Shown piece after piece: positions 1-13,572 of a DNA stretch of 64,000 bases. Origin of the DNA: Geosiphon pyriformis uo1 (taxonomy: Eukaryota; Fungi; Glomeromycota); contig JAAOMT010000772.1 in assembly GCA_016748015.1 (NCBI GenBank), positions 422,386 through 486,385 of the forward strand. Direction: 5' to 3'. The notes under the pieces were generated by a model. That model was not told the DNA's origin, made no database searches, and was given only the letters and a program-made list of their open reading frames with translations. The translations under genes were made by a program, and so were the position numbers. Positions within the stretch are counted from its first letter, which is position 1; every line of letters starts with the position of its first letter.

Positions 1-1940
1 AATTAATTGAAAATCTAATTTCTGATTATCAAAAAGGGGGTATGGATAATCCCAAAAAAAAAAATTTTTTTATTATTATTTATTTCAGAACTTTTTATTA
101 TCAACGTTTTATCCTCCCAATGAATGTGGTCTTTAATAATATAAATTTGTTTTTAAATGACCTAGTATTTATTTCAAAAAACCACTTTTCTTGTGCATTT
201 TAAAATTTTAATTAAAATACATAAAATATTTTTCTCATAATTACATTAAAATTTGATTTCATCCAATTTATTTCCATTGAATCCAATTTCTGAAAGGAGA
301 GTTTCAAATAAATGAATAAACTTACTAACCACTTCCCTCAAAAATATATGATTAAAAAAAAACATTCAAACTAATAATTTTTTGAAAAATTTTCTTATGT
401 GGTGGATTTTCAAAATACTTTTCTATATTTATACCGTTTACTTAAAAATGGTTATTAAAAAATTGTACTAAAGTGAAAAAAAAATTGTATTTCGAAATTT
501 TTGCTCAAATAAATATAAAAATAAAAATTATTATTATTATTATTATTAATTTTCTGCTAATTTGAATATGTGAAACCCTTTCCTGATTATCAATTGGTGT
601 TCAAAAACTTTTTCCATTTAGAAATCAGTTTAATTAATTAACTGGTTTTTATTCCAGTCTTAATCAAACTTTCCTAGTTTGAAATAATCATTTAATATAT
701 CTTTCCTATTTTAATTAAATTATCCTTTTCAAGATTTTTTTCTTTTTTTAGAAAGATTTTTAATAAACTCAAAGTTTTTTTTTTTTTTTTCTGAAATAGG
801 TTTTTTGTCCAATGATAATTTCAAATTTGTTACTTGACAAAAACTTGAAAAATGTGTGTATTATCGTCTGATTTTTTTTCAAAAAACTAAAATAACCAGA
901 AATAAAACTAAAAAGTTTATTTTAATTAAAAATTTTTTAATATACTATACTTTGACCACTTCTTTCAACATCTTCTACTCAAATAAAAATAATACTTGGC
1001 TTGTTTCATATTTAAGAGTTCTAAACAGAATGAATTTACGAATTATTTCGTAATAATAATAATTATTATTATTATTATTTTAAATGTCTTTTTTGGATAC
1101 AATAAAAATCTTGTAATATACATATATATATATATCTATATATTATTAAAAATGAAAATTAGGAAATTGATTTTCAAAAAAAGTTTTTTCTAGAATATTT
1201 ACCGTAATCTAAAATAGATGGATGGATTACAATGTTTTCTTTGACGATACTTTTTCGAAGATCTATTTTTCCATTTTTTTTTCTACTTTTCCATTTTTTT
1301 ATTTTAAAAGATATTTATGGAATATAAAAGATTAGTTAAACTATAGGAAATCTCTAAATAAATAGAATAACAACCACAACCACAAAAACAACAAAAACAA
1401 CAACAATAACAAGAGAAAATTTGCAATTACGATTTACTGAAGATTCAAAAACCGGCTGGCTGACTTGATTTTTTTGAAATTAAAAATTTTTCTCTAATTA
1501 TAGTGTGTGTGTTTGAATTTCTGTAATTCTTGTGAACCGAGGTAGAGATCATCAAATAAATATTTAATTTCATTTATTTTTCTTTACCAGAATTCCATGA
1601 AAGATTACCTCAAAATCTTTTGTTCATCTCGTGTCATTGTGTTCTTCACTTTTGTGTTTTCAATGACTAGAAAATATCGCAACTCTCGAGAAGATCATCG
1701 TTAAATCTATTCGTTTATTCATGCAACTTTATTACCCCGTTTGAAATGTGCATTGTGATCAAAAAATTTCCTTTGCACAAAAATAAGTTTGTGGCTCTCT
1801 ATCTCAATATGTATTGGATATGATTATTATTATTAGAAACCTGAGTCGAATCTAGGTCAAAAGGACAAAATTTTGAACTTTTTAATTTTTTTTAGGGTCT
1901 GATTCAAATTAGGGTAACCACCCTTATTTATTTATTATTT

Positions 1941-1985
<45 letters not shown>

Positions 1986-2737
1986 ATGTTCTACAGATTT
2001 AATTGACACCCAAAAATAAAATAAAAAACTTAGACAGGGATCTTATTTAAACCACTCTTTTTATAGTGCAAAATTAGTATTATGTGCTCCCATTGACTGC
2101 ATCAATTTTCTGCAAGCTTAAATTAAAAATCTATAATTAATTCTTTGTATTAGTTTAGTAAACCCGATGATTTTTATTTATGTACTTGAAATTATATACT
2201 TTCCATTTTCTATTAAATTCGCAAGCCTTTTTAGACGTTTTTTGGTAATTCCTCGGTAAATGTGCATTGTTTGTTATCTCATCTATTATTCATCGTAAGT
2301 GAAACGGTTTTCTGTCGTGCAAATTTATTTTAATGATCAATCAGGAAAACTGGATATTTTGTTTCATCTCATTTATGTTTACGGTATATATATATATATA
2401 TATATATATATGACGTTTGATTGACATTTAAGATATGATCTGACTGCTCATGGTTCGATTTGTCCAAGATTTATTGGGATTTCTTGAAGAATTGCCTTTT
2501 TTTTTTTCTTTTTCATTATTATCGACCATAAACGAAGGGAGACCATTTGAAAAATTAACAAAAAGAAAAAATATTCATATTTTAAATTAATATGATTACC
2601 AAATCTTTACATTCTTCATATTCTTCAATCCATGATGCCTTTGAAAAAAATAATAATCCTTGACATAGATGTCTCTTTAAGGAAATAAATGGTTAAAGGG
2701 GTTATCACGAAATGATTAAAAGTTTTTTATAGGAGCA

Positions 2738-2738
<1 letters not shown>

Positions 2739-2774
<36 letters not shown>
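2739..2774. repeat. (TG)n microsatellite
   Basis: Direct reading of the tgtgtg run. Confidence 0.95.
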
Positions 2775-2777
<3 letters not shown>

Positions 2778-3469
2778 AGTTAATGAAACGATAATTCCGT
2801 TATCAGAAAAAAAAAAAAAACATTCAGAGTATCTTTTTATCTTTATTATTTTTTTCAAATAGCTGACTTGTCCTATTTCTGAAACAATATTTTCTGCCAA
2901 AAGTCTAAATAAATGGTTTTTTAATTTTTTGAAACTAACAGGGTTTAAAAAGATTATCAAATCAAAGACCTTTTCATGAAAAATGGTTGGGCATCCTTTT
3001 TTTTAAAAAATTGCCAAGAAACCAACGTTTTTTTAATGGTCAAAAACTTTTGGGACACGTTTTATTTAAGAATATATAGGATATTTTTAAATGGTCCAAT
3101 TAAAAAAAAAATAAAAAACCTATTTATAATACATTACATCTAGAAAAGATTTGAAGATTTTTCTATAAGAATTTCTTTTGATTTTCTTTTGTATTTAAAA
3201 GTGCAAAACGTTCCCCGTTTATAAAAACAAAACCCTTTGAGATTCAAACAATCCTTTATTTAATTTTTTTTTGATTTCGATTTAATACTTATCGTTTGGA
3301 AAAGGTTGATATAAATCTTTACTACTTTGGAAACTAAGATGTCTGTTAAGTATCCTCATCTGGGTTTAATGATAATTTTCCAATAATAAATCGCAAAAGG
3401 CTTTATATTTTTGTTTTTTAGTAAAGATATTAATAAAATATAGTATGGGTTTTTTAAATACGAATAATA

Positions 3470-3484
3470 CATAATAACAATAAC

Positions 3485-3545
<61 letters not shown>
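3470..3545. repeat. (AAT)n microsatellite
   Basis: About 20 aat units, which generate the poly-I and poly-Y pseudo-ORFs. Confidence 0.95.
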
Positions 3546-3614
3546 GATAATAAATTTTGAGTCATTATAAGATTTAAGTTTATTTTTTATTTTATTTTTA
3601 AAAAAATTTTTTTT

Positions 3615-3985
3615 AGCACCAAAGGGTGAGCATTTGGTTGCCGAATTCCAAGCTGAGGGTGGATTGTGAAAAGAGGGGTTTTGATTGTTGATGATGGGTT
3701 GGTTTTGGTCGATTTTCGTGGTTTGACCGAGGGATTTTGTTCGTAGAGAGGGTTTTGCTCGGGGTCGGCTTGTCAATTTTGGTCTCGCCGCTGGTTTGCG
3801 AGTTAGTTTCTGACGTTTTTTGTAGGCCTGTAGGTGTTTTTAGTGCTTTCGACGCGTGGTGTTGCCTTGATCGGCTCGAGTGGCTCGTCACGTGTAGAAA
3901 AGGCATGAGCCACACTTATTTTGGAATTGTATTGTAGTAGTGGTTGGGGTGCCACTCGTTAAAATAAAATAAAACAAAAAAATTT
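3615..3985 (+). mobile_element. Probable 3' terminal fragment of a non-LTR retrotransposon (LINE-like)
   Basis: GC-elevated island in AT-rich DNA. It carries a broken + frame (IWLPNSKLRVDCEKRG..IVDDGLVLV..) and ends in an A-rich tail (ttaaaataaaataaaacaaaaaaa, ~3959-3982). The resemblance to C-termini of glomeromycete LINE ORF2 proteins is from memory and was not searched. Confidence 0.35.
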
Positions 3986-4206
3986 TTTTTACTCATTATA
4001 TTGAAAATAAACATTTCACACAATCTAATTTTAAATGAATTTATCGAATATTTAGACCTTAAGTCATTTTTAATTGAAAAGAAGTTTTTTCACTCTATTA
4101 AAAAAAAATATCTTTTTGAAATTTGAAATTTTTTAAAATCACTAATAACTACATAACTGTGTATATAATGGTAAAAAATAAATAAATAAATAAATAAATA
4201 AATTTT

Positions 4207-4247
<41 letters not shown>

Positions 4248-5183
4248 TTGAAATTTTAAAAATAAATTTACGGTTTTAATTGAAAAGTAAAAAAATTTTT
4301 TTTTTCAGAAATTAATGAGAAAATATTTACTAGGTATTTTTACTTTTTTTTATTTATTTGATTTATTTATTTATTTATTTTATTTATTTATTTATTTATT
4401 TATTATTATTTTTTTTAACAATTAAATAAAATTATTTCTTAATCTTTTTATCAAAAAATAAAAATAGTTTATATTAGTTACAAATAAGTAGAAAATTCAT
4501 AAAATTATAATTTTAAATTCTTTTTACCCGATATTCAATTTCAACTGTGAGTTAGAACTTTGGTAACTGATTAAATTATTATATGCAAGCCCAATACTTA
4601 TTATAGAAACCACCTACCTATTGACCTCAATAAAATTGAAATAGATACTCACATAGAGCTATTATTAATATATAGTAGCGCTACTTCCGAATTGCTCGAG
4701 TTGTCTTTTTATCGATAAATCAACTTTATGATTTACTTACTCCGTAATAATCCAGAATCAATATTTTGCTATTTTTCCCATGTTTAGGTAAAGAAAGGGG
4801 GAAACTAATTATTCATAAATTTATCAATAATATCAAATATTCACCCAGTACCCTGAAGCAAAATATGAAACATTGATACAGAAGGAATACAATTTATACT
4901 TTTATAAATTTTAAAGAACTTGGTTTATTACGAAAAAATTGAAATATAATATATGGAAAAAAATAATAGTTTAATAAAAATTTTGTGATTAATCCTCAGA
5001 ATATATAATCAAGAATTAGAATTAATTAAAGGAAAATAAAAATATTTATATTTCGGTAATCATAGAAGCAAAAAAAAACTGAATTCTTTAAAATAAAATT
5101 TATCATATCAACGCAATAAAAAATGCAGGAGAGTTCCCCCATCATTTGTTACGAAAATATTAAGAAATTTTTTACAAAAATCA

Positions 5184-5242
5184 AAGGAAAGGAAAGGAAA
5201 AGGAAAAGGAAAAGGAAAAGGAAAAGGAAAAGGAAAAGGAAA
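5184..5242. repeat. (AAAGG/AAAAGG)n tandem repeat
   Basis: Direct reading; it produces the poly-KR pseudo-ORF. Confidence 0.9.
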
Positions 5243-7480
5243 TTTGAGAGGTATTGGTACGGATCGAACCTTTATCAAAATCCCTCAGGCAATCGATTCA
5301 TCAATTAATACTAACGATCCGCTAACGAAAATAAATTACTCGAAGAGAAATTAAAGGCATTTGAAACCTCCTTTTGTACTTATAAATTCTTTTATTTAAA
5401 GAATTATCTTGAAATTTAATGATTCATTTTCACTTTTTAAAGTCTGATCTTATTTATATGATTTAAATTAAATGTTGTAATTTGATATATGCTCATACTG
5501 AAAATTATACTTTTAAAAAAACTCACCATTTCCTTCTTATAAAATAAAAATTTGAAGTAAACATTAAAAAATTGATAAATGAAAACTAAAAAATTTTTTT
5601 TTAATAGAACGTGTAATTTGTCAATTTATAGCTAATATTTATAAATTGTAAAACATCAAAAATAGGCAATACTAATGCCCAGAAGAAGATCCCCCGAGTG
5701 CTATTGTCATCTCTATTCATAACAAGGTTACAATTCCGGCATTTTTATACCTCGGACCCTCCAATTCTTTGGACGTTACTACAGCAGCTAGAGGTATTGG
5801 AGTTATAAGCTTCATTCTGTACAATGACACAGATTGGCGAGCATTTTTCGCGTAATTTTTCTTATCATGTTAGATTGTCTTTTCGTGAATTACATTTCGC
5901 CACATACATGCTACTACTTTATCAAGTCTTTTGCCTTCTTTTTACGTTTGGAGGTTGATTGTGTGAACTTATCTTTACGTGATATCAAATTGTTCATATA
6001 GGTGCAAAGACGAAAAATGCATTCAATATCATGTTCCCCAATTTTACCTACAGAGAATACCAGGTGAATGGTATACGAATGCGATAGTAAGTAACCTTGC
6101 CATCACATGTGATCTTGTGTGGATTGGGCCATTTATTTTTTTTTCAAGGTGGTACAGTGTTATCTTTAAAAATAAAAAGAATAAAGATGGCATAAAAATG
6201 AGATAAGTAATGATATAAATCAATTTTTTTAAAAAAAATGGAAAAAATTAATTATTTTCACCTTATGTCCATGTGCATATGAATAAAAGCAATTCAAAGG
6301 TAACTTGAGCAGAAATTGTTATGATGTGATACAGTGCCTTACGGGATTGAGCCACGGTGCTGTCTCTGAGGTTGCCATTATTACCCAATGTGATTGATTG
6401 ACTCTGCCTTTTTGCCTTTGACCTCCTCCAATATGCCTTCTCCCATTCTATAAAACTCGTGGTTCTCTTCGAAAATGCGATCTTTGACGGGCACAAACTC
6501 TTCCAGGATATTTTTGCCATCCACACAATCTTAATTTGCTGCATGCAGGGAAGCAGAGCCCCTCGCTAATAACGAAAACGCAGGAACAAAACCCAAGGGA
6601 AAGGCGACAGCGCCAGTGACAAATTTCACAAGACGGAAGGCACGTTAATAGTCAAGATGTAACTCAAGGATCCTATTGAAGCGATGGATAGGGCTTAGCG
6701 AGATTTGCCTTAAATACCGTGGTAGGATGGAGGTAAAATTATTATGAAGCAAGATGGTATCACGGAAGGAATATGGTTAAAACCTACGACGTTTCAACAA
6801 AAAACGTCTTCTTTTTGGCGATGTCTCTCGAGTATCTGGGGTGAAAGAAAATTTTGCAGAGCCATCATCCCTCTTAAGAGGTTGCTTAGGCTCAGCCCCT
6901 GCCAAAATCACAGACGAAACGATTGATCAAGCATTGGTTGCTCAAAGAAAGTTATCAAAAACGTAATGCACAGCGACAAGGGTCATGAACACATCCATAT
7001 TTCTTTTTGATCATTCCAGTATGGTTTTAAACCCCTGGCGCTTGAAGTTTGACGCCAAAGGCCAATATTGCTGACGAGCTCATATGTCAAGAGTCGGGCG
7101 AGGTGGTGGTATCAACATTTTGAGAAGTTAGAGGAAAAAGGTGATGTATATATAATTTCGCGATTTTGAACCTAATAAGCAATTACTAAGCAACTGATTA
7201 ATATATTTTCATCGGTATATTTTAATCACGCTGTTTCTGCTATATTCAGAGAAATGTCGCAATGTTGACGATATCTTTTTTCAGTATAAAGAATACTTTT
7301 ACACCATTGATTTAGTGAAAAAACTTAATTTATTCATAAGTAATCATTGATTGTTTCCTCATTCTATAATGATCCAAAGGATTTTTTCTTGTAGGGCAAC
7401 TAGCTTGAAATCCCTCTTATTTGTATTCGAGGTTTCCCCACCTATCAGGAGAACACTTTCTCAACACCATCCATAACAAA

Positions 7481-8296
7481 ATGTATGATAAAATGAAGGC
7501 AGCTATCGAAGAAGTGAAAAATTTTTTCATTGAACTACTTTTCCAATATGGGTCACTGAATCTAGCTTCCAAAAATATTTTCCAAAACAATCTATCAAAA
7601 ATGTTGGATAAACATCATATCGCTGAAAATGAATTGTTCAAATTTCTTCAAGAGCAGCGATCAGAGCCAGAGTCTAAAATATTGTTGGGAATGCTTTATA
7701 TTTTAGGAATCGGTACAAAGGTTAATCCAACTCTTGGTCGGGCACACTTGGAGGAGATTGCTGAAGAAAAACATCCTATCGGAATGTATTGTGCGGCTAC
7801 TCAGCAAACTGTCTCATATTACGACAGAGATAAACAAAAAGAAGTTCTCAACTGGATAAAAAAATCAGCTGAAGCTGGATTTGCACCAGCTCAATCTCGA
7901 TTAGCCGTATATTATTATGGACTATATGATTGGACTCAGTCACTCTCTTTAACTAAAGATTTTTCTCGAGCTTTTTATTGGCATGAAAGAGCTGCCAGAC
8001 AAAAACATCCTCATTCCGCTATTGAACTAGCTGATGGGTATTCAAAGGGAACATTATTATGTAATGGGAAAAAAGACTTGCGCAGAGCATTTCTACTTTG
8101 GAGAATTGGAGCTAAAGGAATTAATTTTTGCATTTTTTATTGTGAAAAATCAATTGCTATTTGTTACAAGGAGGGTTTTGGGACCATGAAAGATATGCAT
8201 CAGGCCTTTAGAATCTATCATAATGCGGTGAAAAAATTTCCAGAAACATTTGCTTCGTACAACACTGAAATTTTTCTTCACGATACTTTCAATTAG
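7481..8296 (+). CDS. Sel1-like repeat (SLR) protein, intronless ORF
   Basis: Repeated Sel1 motifs: LGMLYILGIGT, WIKKSAEAGFAPAQSRLAVYYY, KDFSRAFYWHERAARQKHPHSAIELA, IAICYKEGFGTMKDMHQAF. First ATG is at 7481; the ORF track begins at TTG 7421. Confidence 0.85.
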   Translation: MYDKMKAAIEEVKNFFIELLFQYGSLNLASKNIFQNNLSKMLDKHHIAENELFKFLQEQRSEPESKILLGMLYILGIGTKVNPTLGRAHLEEIAEEKHPIGMYCAATQQTVSYYDRDKQKEVLNWIKKSAEAGFAPAQSRLAVYYYGLYDWTQSLSLTKDFSRAFYWHERAARQKHPHSAIELADGYSKGTLLCNGKKDLRRAFLLWRIGAKGINFCIFYCEKSIAICYKEGFGTMKDMHQAFRIYHNAVKKFPETFASYNTEIFLHDTFN

Positions 8297-8642
8297 CATA
8301 TTATTCTAATTTACGTTTTATTTGTAAAACATCTGCCTGTTCTTTAAAAATTGATGAGAAAATATTGGATATTCAAAACTTTTGAAATTATAGTATATCT
8401 AATAAATAAACTTTTTAAAAATGAGTAATTTACTGAAAATCTTTCCTTAATTTTATATTTCAAAATCCCCCTATTGTGTCTTCTGAAGATGAGCTATATT
8501 CATTTTTGTTACAATAATTTGGAAAATAATATATTCAAATTTTTTTAATAAATGCATGAAAATTGATGATTAATTTTAAATGATTCAAATATTTTTACGA
8601 ATATTCCAGTCGAAAATAAGGTGTTTTGGTTTATTATTAGTC

Positions 8643-8983
8643 AAAATAGAATAGAATAAAATAGAATAGAATAAAATAAAATAGAATAAAATAGAATAAA
8701 ATAAAATAAAATAGAATAAAATAAAATAAAATAGAACAAAATAAAATAGAATAAAATAAAATAAAATAGAATAAAATAAAATAGAATAAAATAAAATAAA
8801 ATAGAATAAAATAGAATAAAATAAAATAGAATAAAATAAAATAAATAGAATAAAATAGAATAAAATAAAATAAAATAAAATAGAATAAAATAAAATAGAA
8901 TAAAATAAAATAAAATAAAATAAAATAAAATAAAAAAGAATAAAATAAAATAAAAAAGAATAAAATAAAATAGAATAAAATAA
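8643..8983. repeat. (AATAA/AATAG)n pentanucleotide satellite, ~340 bp
   Basis: Direct reading of mixed aataa and aatag units. Confidence 0.95.
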
Positions 8984-10051
8984 CTTTTTTGGGCCCTGAA
9001 AAATATTGAACTACTTTTAAAAATGATTTATTTTTAACCCTAAAATTTTATTAGGAAATAAAAAACATTTGATAGCATTTTTTGAGATAATAATATTTAT
9101 AAGTCGCGTGAAAAAACCTTACTAAATCTCTTTTAGGATGGTTTAAATAAAAAATATTTTTTTATTTCAAAATAATAATAATAATAATAATTATAATTAT
9201 TATAATTATTAATAGTTAAAAAATAATAACAATAACAATAACAATAACAATAATGAGAATAATAAAAATAAAGAAAATAATCACTTTTAATTATTTTATT
9301 CGCTAGTTCGATTGAAATTGATTTAACTTCCTTTTCCTTTCTCTGTTCCGATAACGCATTAAGGAATTAAATAAAAACTAAAGAGGGAAATAACAATTCT
9401 ACTCGTTTTAAAGAAGGTTTGATATTTTTTGAATCACATTGGTCTATTTTCTTTTCTTTTCTTTCTTTCTTTATTTCTTTCTTTCTTTATTTCTTTCTTT
9501 CTTTCTTTCTTTCTTTTTTTGTTTCTTTTTTTGTTTCTTTGTTTGTTTCCAGGTGATAATTAATGACAAGAAATTGAATGAACTAATCTTGCCAACACCA
9601 AGAATATTCTAAAAAAGAAATAAAAATTTTTCATAAAGTTGGAAATGAAATTTATTTTCCAAATTAAAAACTAATCATGAATGTTTTGTTTTGTTCCATT
9701 TCTAAGTAGAATTTTTCAAAAATTAATTCATTCGGAAGGCTCTATGAAGAAAATATTTATTTATTTATTTATTTATATATTTTCAAAAGCTAAAATTGAA
9801 TAGGAAAAGTTTTATTTCCTTCAGGTTCTGAACCAGTTTTGTTTCATTTGATTTGAACAAATGAATAAAATTATGGGAAAAAAGTTTATGTTTGTTTTGT
9901 GAAATAAAAATTTTGTATTGTTTGTACGAACGAATCATTATTCGTCGATATCGTAAAAGTTTAAAATTTATTTTAACAAGATTAAAAGTAATTAAAAAAA
10001 AAATTTATTTCAAGAGATTTTAGTATAGCTTTCCTGATAATTAAACATGTT

Positions 10052-10084
<33 letters not shown>

Positions 10085-11678
10085 CTATATCTATATCTAT
10101 ATAAAGAAATAAATTTTATTGAATAATCTTTTTACATGTAATTTTGAAATAAAAAATAAAAATAGTTGATCATCATTAAAAATGATTTTGTTTTTCAATT
10201 TACCGATCCAAGAGAAACTTTAAACCACCTGAACAAAAAAGAAGTTGGAAGCATGAGAAAAAAAAAATAGAGTATAATTTTCAAATGCTTCACATCGAGA
10301 TATTGATTACATGAAATGATTACTTAATACAAAACTATAGAATATTTTTTTCGATCAAGACCTCTTTGTTTTTTAATCTGGTCGAAATTTTCTAACTTTT
10401 TGAAGATGAATAAATATAAGGTTATTAATTATTATTATTATTTTTATTATTTTTATTATTATTTTTTTAAAAAAAATAAATTTCGAAATAAAAAAATATT
10501 TTTGGAAGGTCAATGGGGCAAAGACTGGTGCATTCATTAAAAGGTTTAGAAAAAAAAAAAATACTTGTTCAACCGGTTTGAAAATTTTTTAGTCATTTTT
10601 AAAAAAATTAAAATAACCTAGAATATCAGTATATCAATAAATATAGCTTTAGACTTTTTTAATGATTAGAGAATTATGGTAATCTATTTTTTTTCAGAAA
10701 CTTTCTTAAATCTCGATAGGGATCGCACCACAATTTTTAGAACATCATATTCTATAAATATCTTCTTTTTTTATAGATATTTCCCCATTTGTGTGAATTA
10801 TGAGGAATAGAAGGTATTAAGCTCTCTAATTGATATAGGGAGTATCATAATGATGACGATATTTTAAAAATAATTTGAATTAGTAATTTATTATTCATGG
10901 ATCTCAATTCATTAATAATAAATTTTGTGGAAAAGAAAAATCTAAATTCTAAGTTAGCTTTTTATTTAAGATTTTTTTTTTAATCAACCATTTTGTGGTG
11001 TTGTAATTATATGTTAAAATTAACATTTAGCGATATTAGAAACCAGTACTGATGAACATAAAACATTAAGTAAACTTATTCTAATGGTGGGAGGGGGGGG
11101 GGGTTTTTTTTGATATTAATACCGATCTAAAATGATTAAGACTTTTTTTTTTAAAACATGTATCATATATTATTTTTGTCTATATTCCATGCTTAAAAAA
11201 TCCAAAAAATAATTTAAAACTTAATAAATCTTGATTTAATATTGCAAAGCTTATAAGCTGAATGAAAAAGAATGGAAAATTAATATATTTCTAAAAAATT
11301 TTGTTTGAAAGTGTTGAAATACTCGATATCTAATAATGGTTTTTTTTTTTGATTAATATGAATAAATTTAATAAAAATTTTTCATAGATAGTTTTGAAAA
11401 ACTGTTTCTTAAAATCATTTTTGAAGTTTATATATAATTACAACAAAAAAACCAGATAAACTATACATAAAGTCATTGAATAATTTCAAATCGAGAATCC
11501 ATTAATAATAAACTTTTAATACTTTGCGGATTTTGCTATTATAATAATAACAATAATAATAATAATAATAATAATAATTCATAATATAATTGTTCAATTG
11601 AGTTTGGGTCAAAATGATTGCATATTGAAAAATTAAATGACAGTGATCAAATTTATAAAAATAATCAAAATTTTAAAA

Positions 11679-11700
<22 letters not shown>

Positions 11701-11714
<14 letters not shown>

Positions 11715-11850
11715 CTATTTCTATTGAAAACTTTTCTATCAACCAATTAGATAGATAGATAGATAGATATATATATATATATTTCTATTTCTATTGAAAA
11801 CTTTTCTATCAACCAATTAAATAGATAGATAGATAGATATATATATATAT
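11701..11850. repeat. ~70-bp tandem duplication bounded by (AT)n/(GATA)n microsatellites
   Basis: atttctatttctattgaaaacttttctatcaaccaatta-(gata)n occurs at 11711 and again at 11781. Confidence 0.9.
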
Positions 11851-13239
11851 GTTTTCTGATTTTTGAATTAAACAAATATTAATGTTATTTTAATTTTAAT
11901 TTTTTTTTAATAGATTTAATAAATTAATAATTAAATAAATTAAAATTGAATTATATTTTAAAAAAAAAAGTTACAATATTATAATAAAAAATAAAAAATA
12001 AAAAAATGTAATATTATAATAAAAAATAAATTCTATTGTAATTATTAAATTCTAATTTTGATTTTGATTTTAAAAACAAAAATTACAAAAAATATTAAAT
12101 ATTACAATTATTTTATAATTAATAAAATTATCTTTTAAAAAGTTCATAATATTTTTTGCAAAGAAAGCCTAAAACGAAAGTTTACAAGTTTTGTTTTAAA
12201 TTCATTCAATGTTAAAAAAGGAATTATCTTATTAAAAAATTAAGCATAAATTAATTGAATTTGATTAAAGGATAGTTCACAAAGTAAAATTGTTATTTTT
12301 TATAGGAAATGAAAAAAAGGCTAAACCCTAGATACTAAGAGTTTTAAGATTTGATAATTTTAATATGTGTATGAAAATTTTCTAAAAAACCTTTTCATTT
12401 TTACTCAAACGAAAAAAGAAAGTTGATAGATATTTAACATTTTTGGCTTTTAAATAGCTTGAAGAAATAATTTTTTTTTTAAAGTCACAACTTTTATTTA
12501 AAATACTTTTCTTTTTAAAAAAAAACAAACAAAAAAACAGAAAAGAAATCAATGATTTACAAAGAAATGGGTAAAATGACCACATTTTCGTTGTAAATAT
12601 ATACAATATTTTGTACTTGAAACAGTTTTACGAATATTATGTCTACCTGGATCCCTGCACCGTACTTTTTTTTTCGCCATTAAAAATTGGCGTATGACCT
12701 GAAAAAAATAAAAAAATAAAAAATAAAAAAAAAAGGTTATAAATAATAAAAAGGAACAAATTAAAAAACAATTAAAAAATGTCCTTTTCCGTTGTTAAAG
12801 GAAACCAATTTGAACTGAAAAATTTCAGAATTTTGAGATACGCAGACATGAAGTATTTTCGAATAAGGTAAATATTTTTATTATTGAGTTTTTGTTGAGT
12901 TGTTATGTAATTTGAATGAGAGCTCCTCGTGACCGCAGTTTACAAAACTGTGAACGCTCTTCTCATTACCTACCCCGAAAAGTTGTCTGGATGTATGGTT
13001 CCGGAGCCTGTGGTGAATAGGATAGATGAATTTTTTTAATAAAAGCATTTCATGGCCATAGTGTAAACTATGAATTTTTCTTATTAAATTCAATGTGAAA
13101 GAAGATTATGCTATTTATATAATTGATATAATACTAATTAATATATAAATATTGTAGTGATACACGACTTGAAAGGCGTGTTATCTAAAATATCATGAAA
13201 ATTCAGTTGAATTTTTGTGTTTTCATCTAAAAGAAAATT

Positions 13240-13276
<37 letters not shown>

Positions 13277-13532
13277 ATTTAATTGATATATTATAAATTT
13301 ATGTTTTAATTAATTTTTTTTTAAAAATTTAATAACAAATATTAATTATTTTTAAATAATTGTTTATTAACAAAAATACAAATTAAATAATTTAGTTTTT
13401 AAAATTTGAAACAAATTAAATATTAAAAATATTCTATTTTTCTACTTAAAAGAAACTTATTTCCAGATTCTTGATTTTCATGTCAAAACGTTTCGAGTTT
13501 TTTTTTTTTTTTTTTTTCAGTGGTCTAATTCT

Positions 13533-13572
<40 letters not shown>

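Noticed and set aside
1215-1235. ggatggattacaat, resembling the Fanzor 3' end
   Set aside because: Only ~9 nt match and the adjacent scaffold sequence is absent.
8643-8983. Possible CRISPR-like or telomeric array
   Set aside because: It is a simple pentamer satellite with no unique spacers and no G-rich telomere unit.
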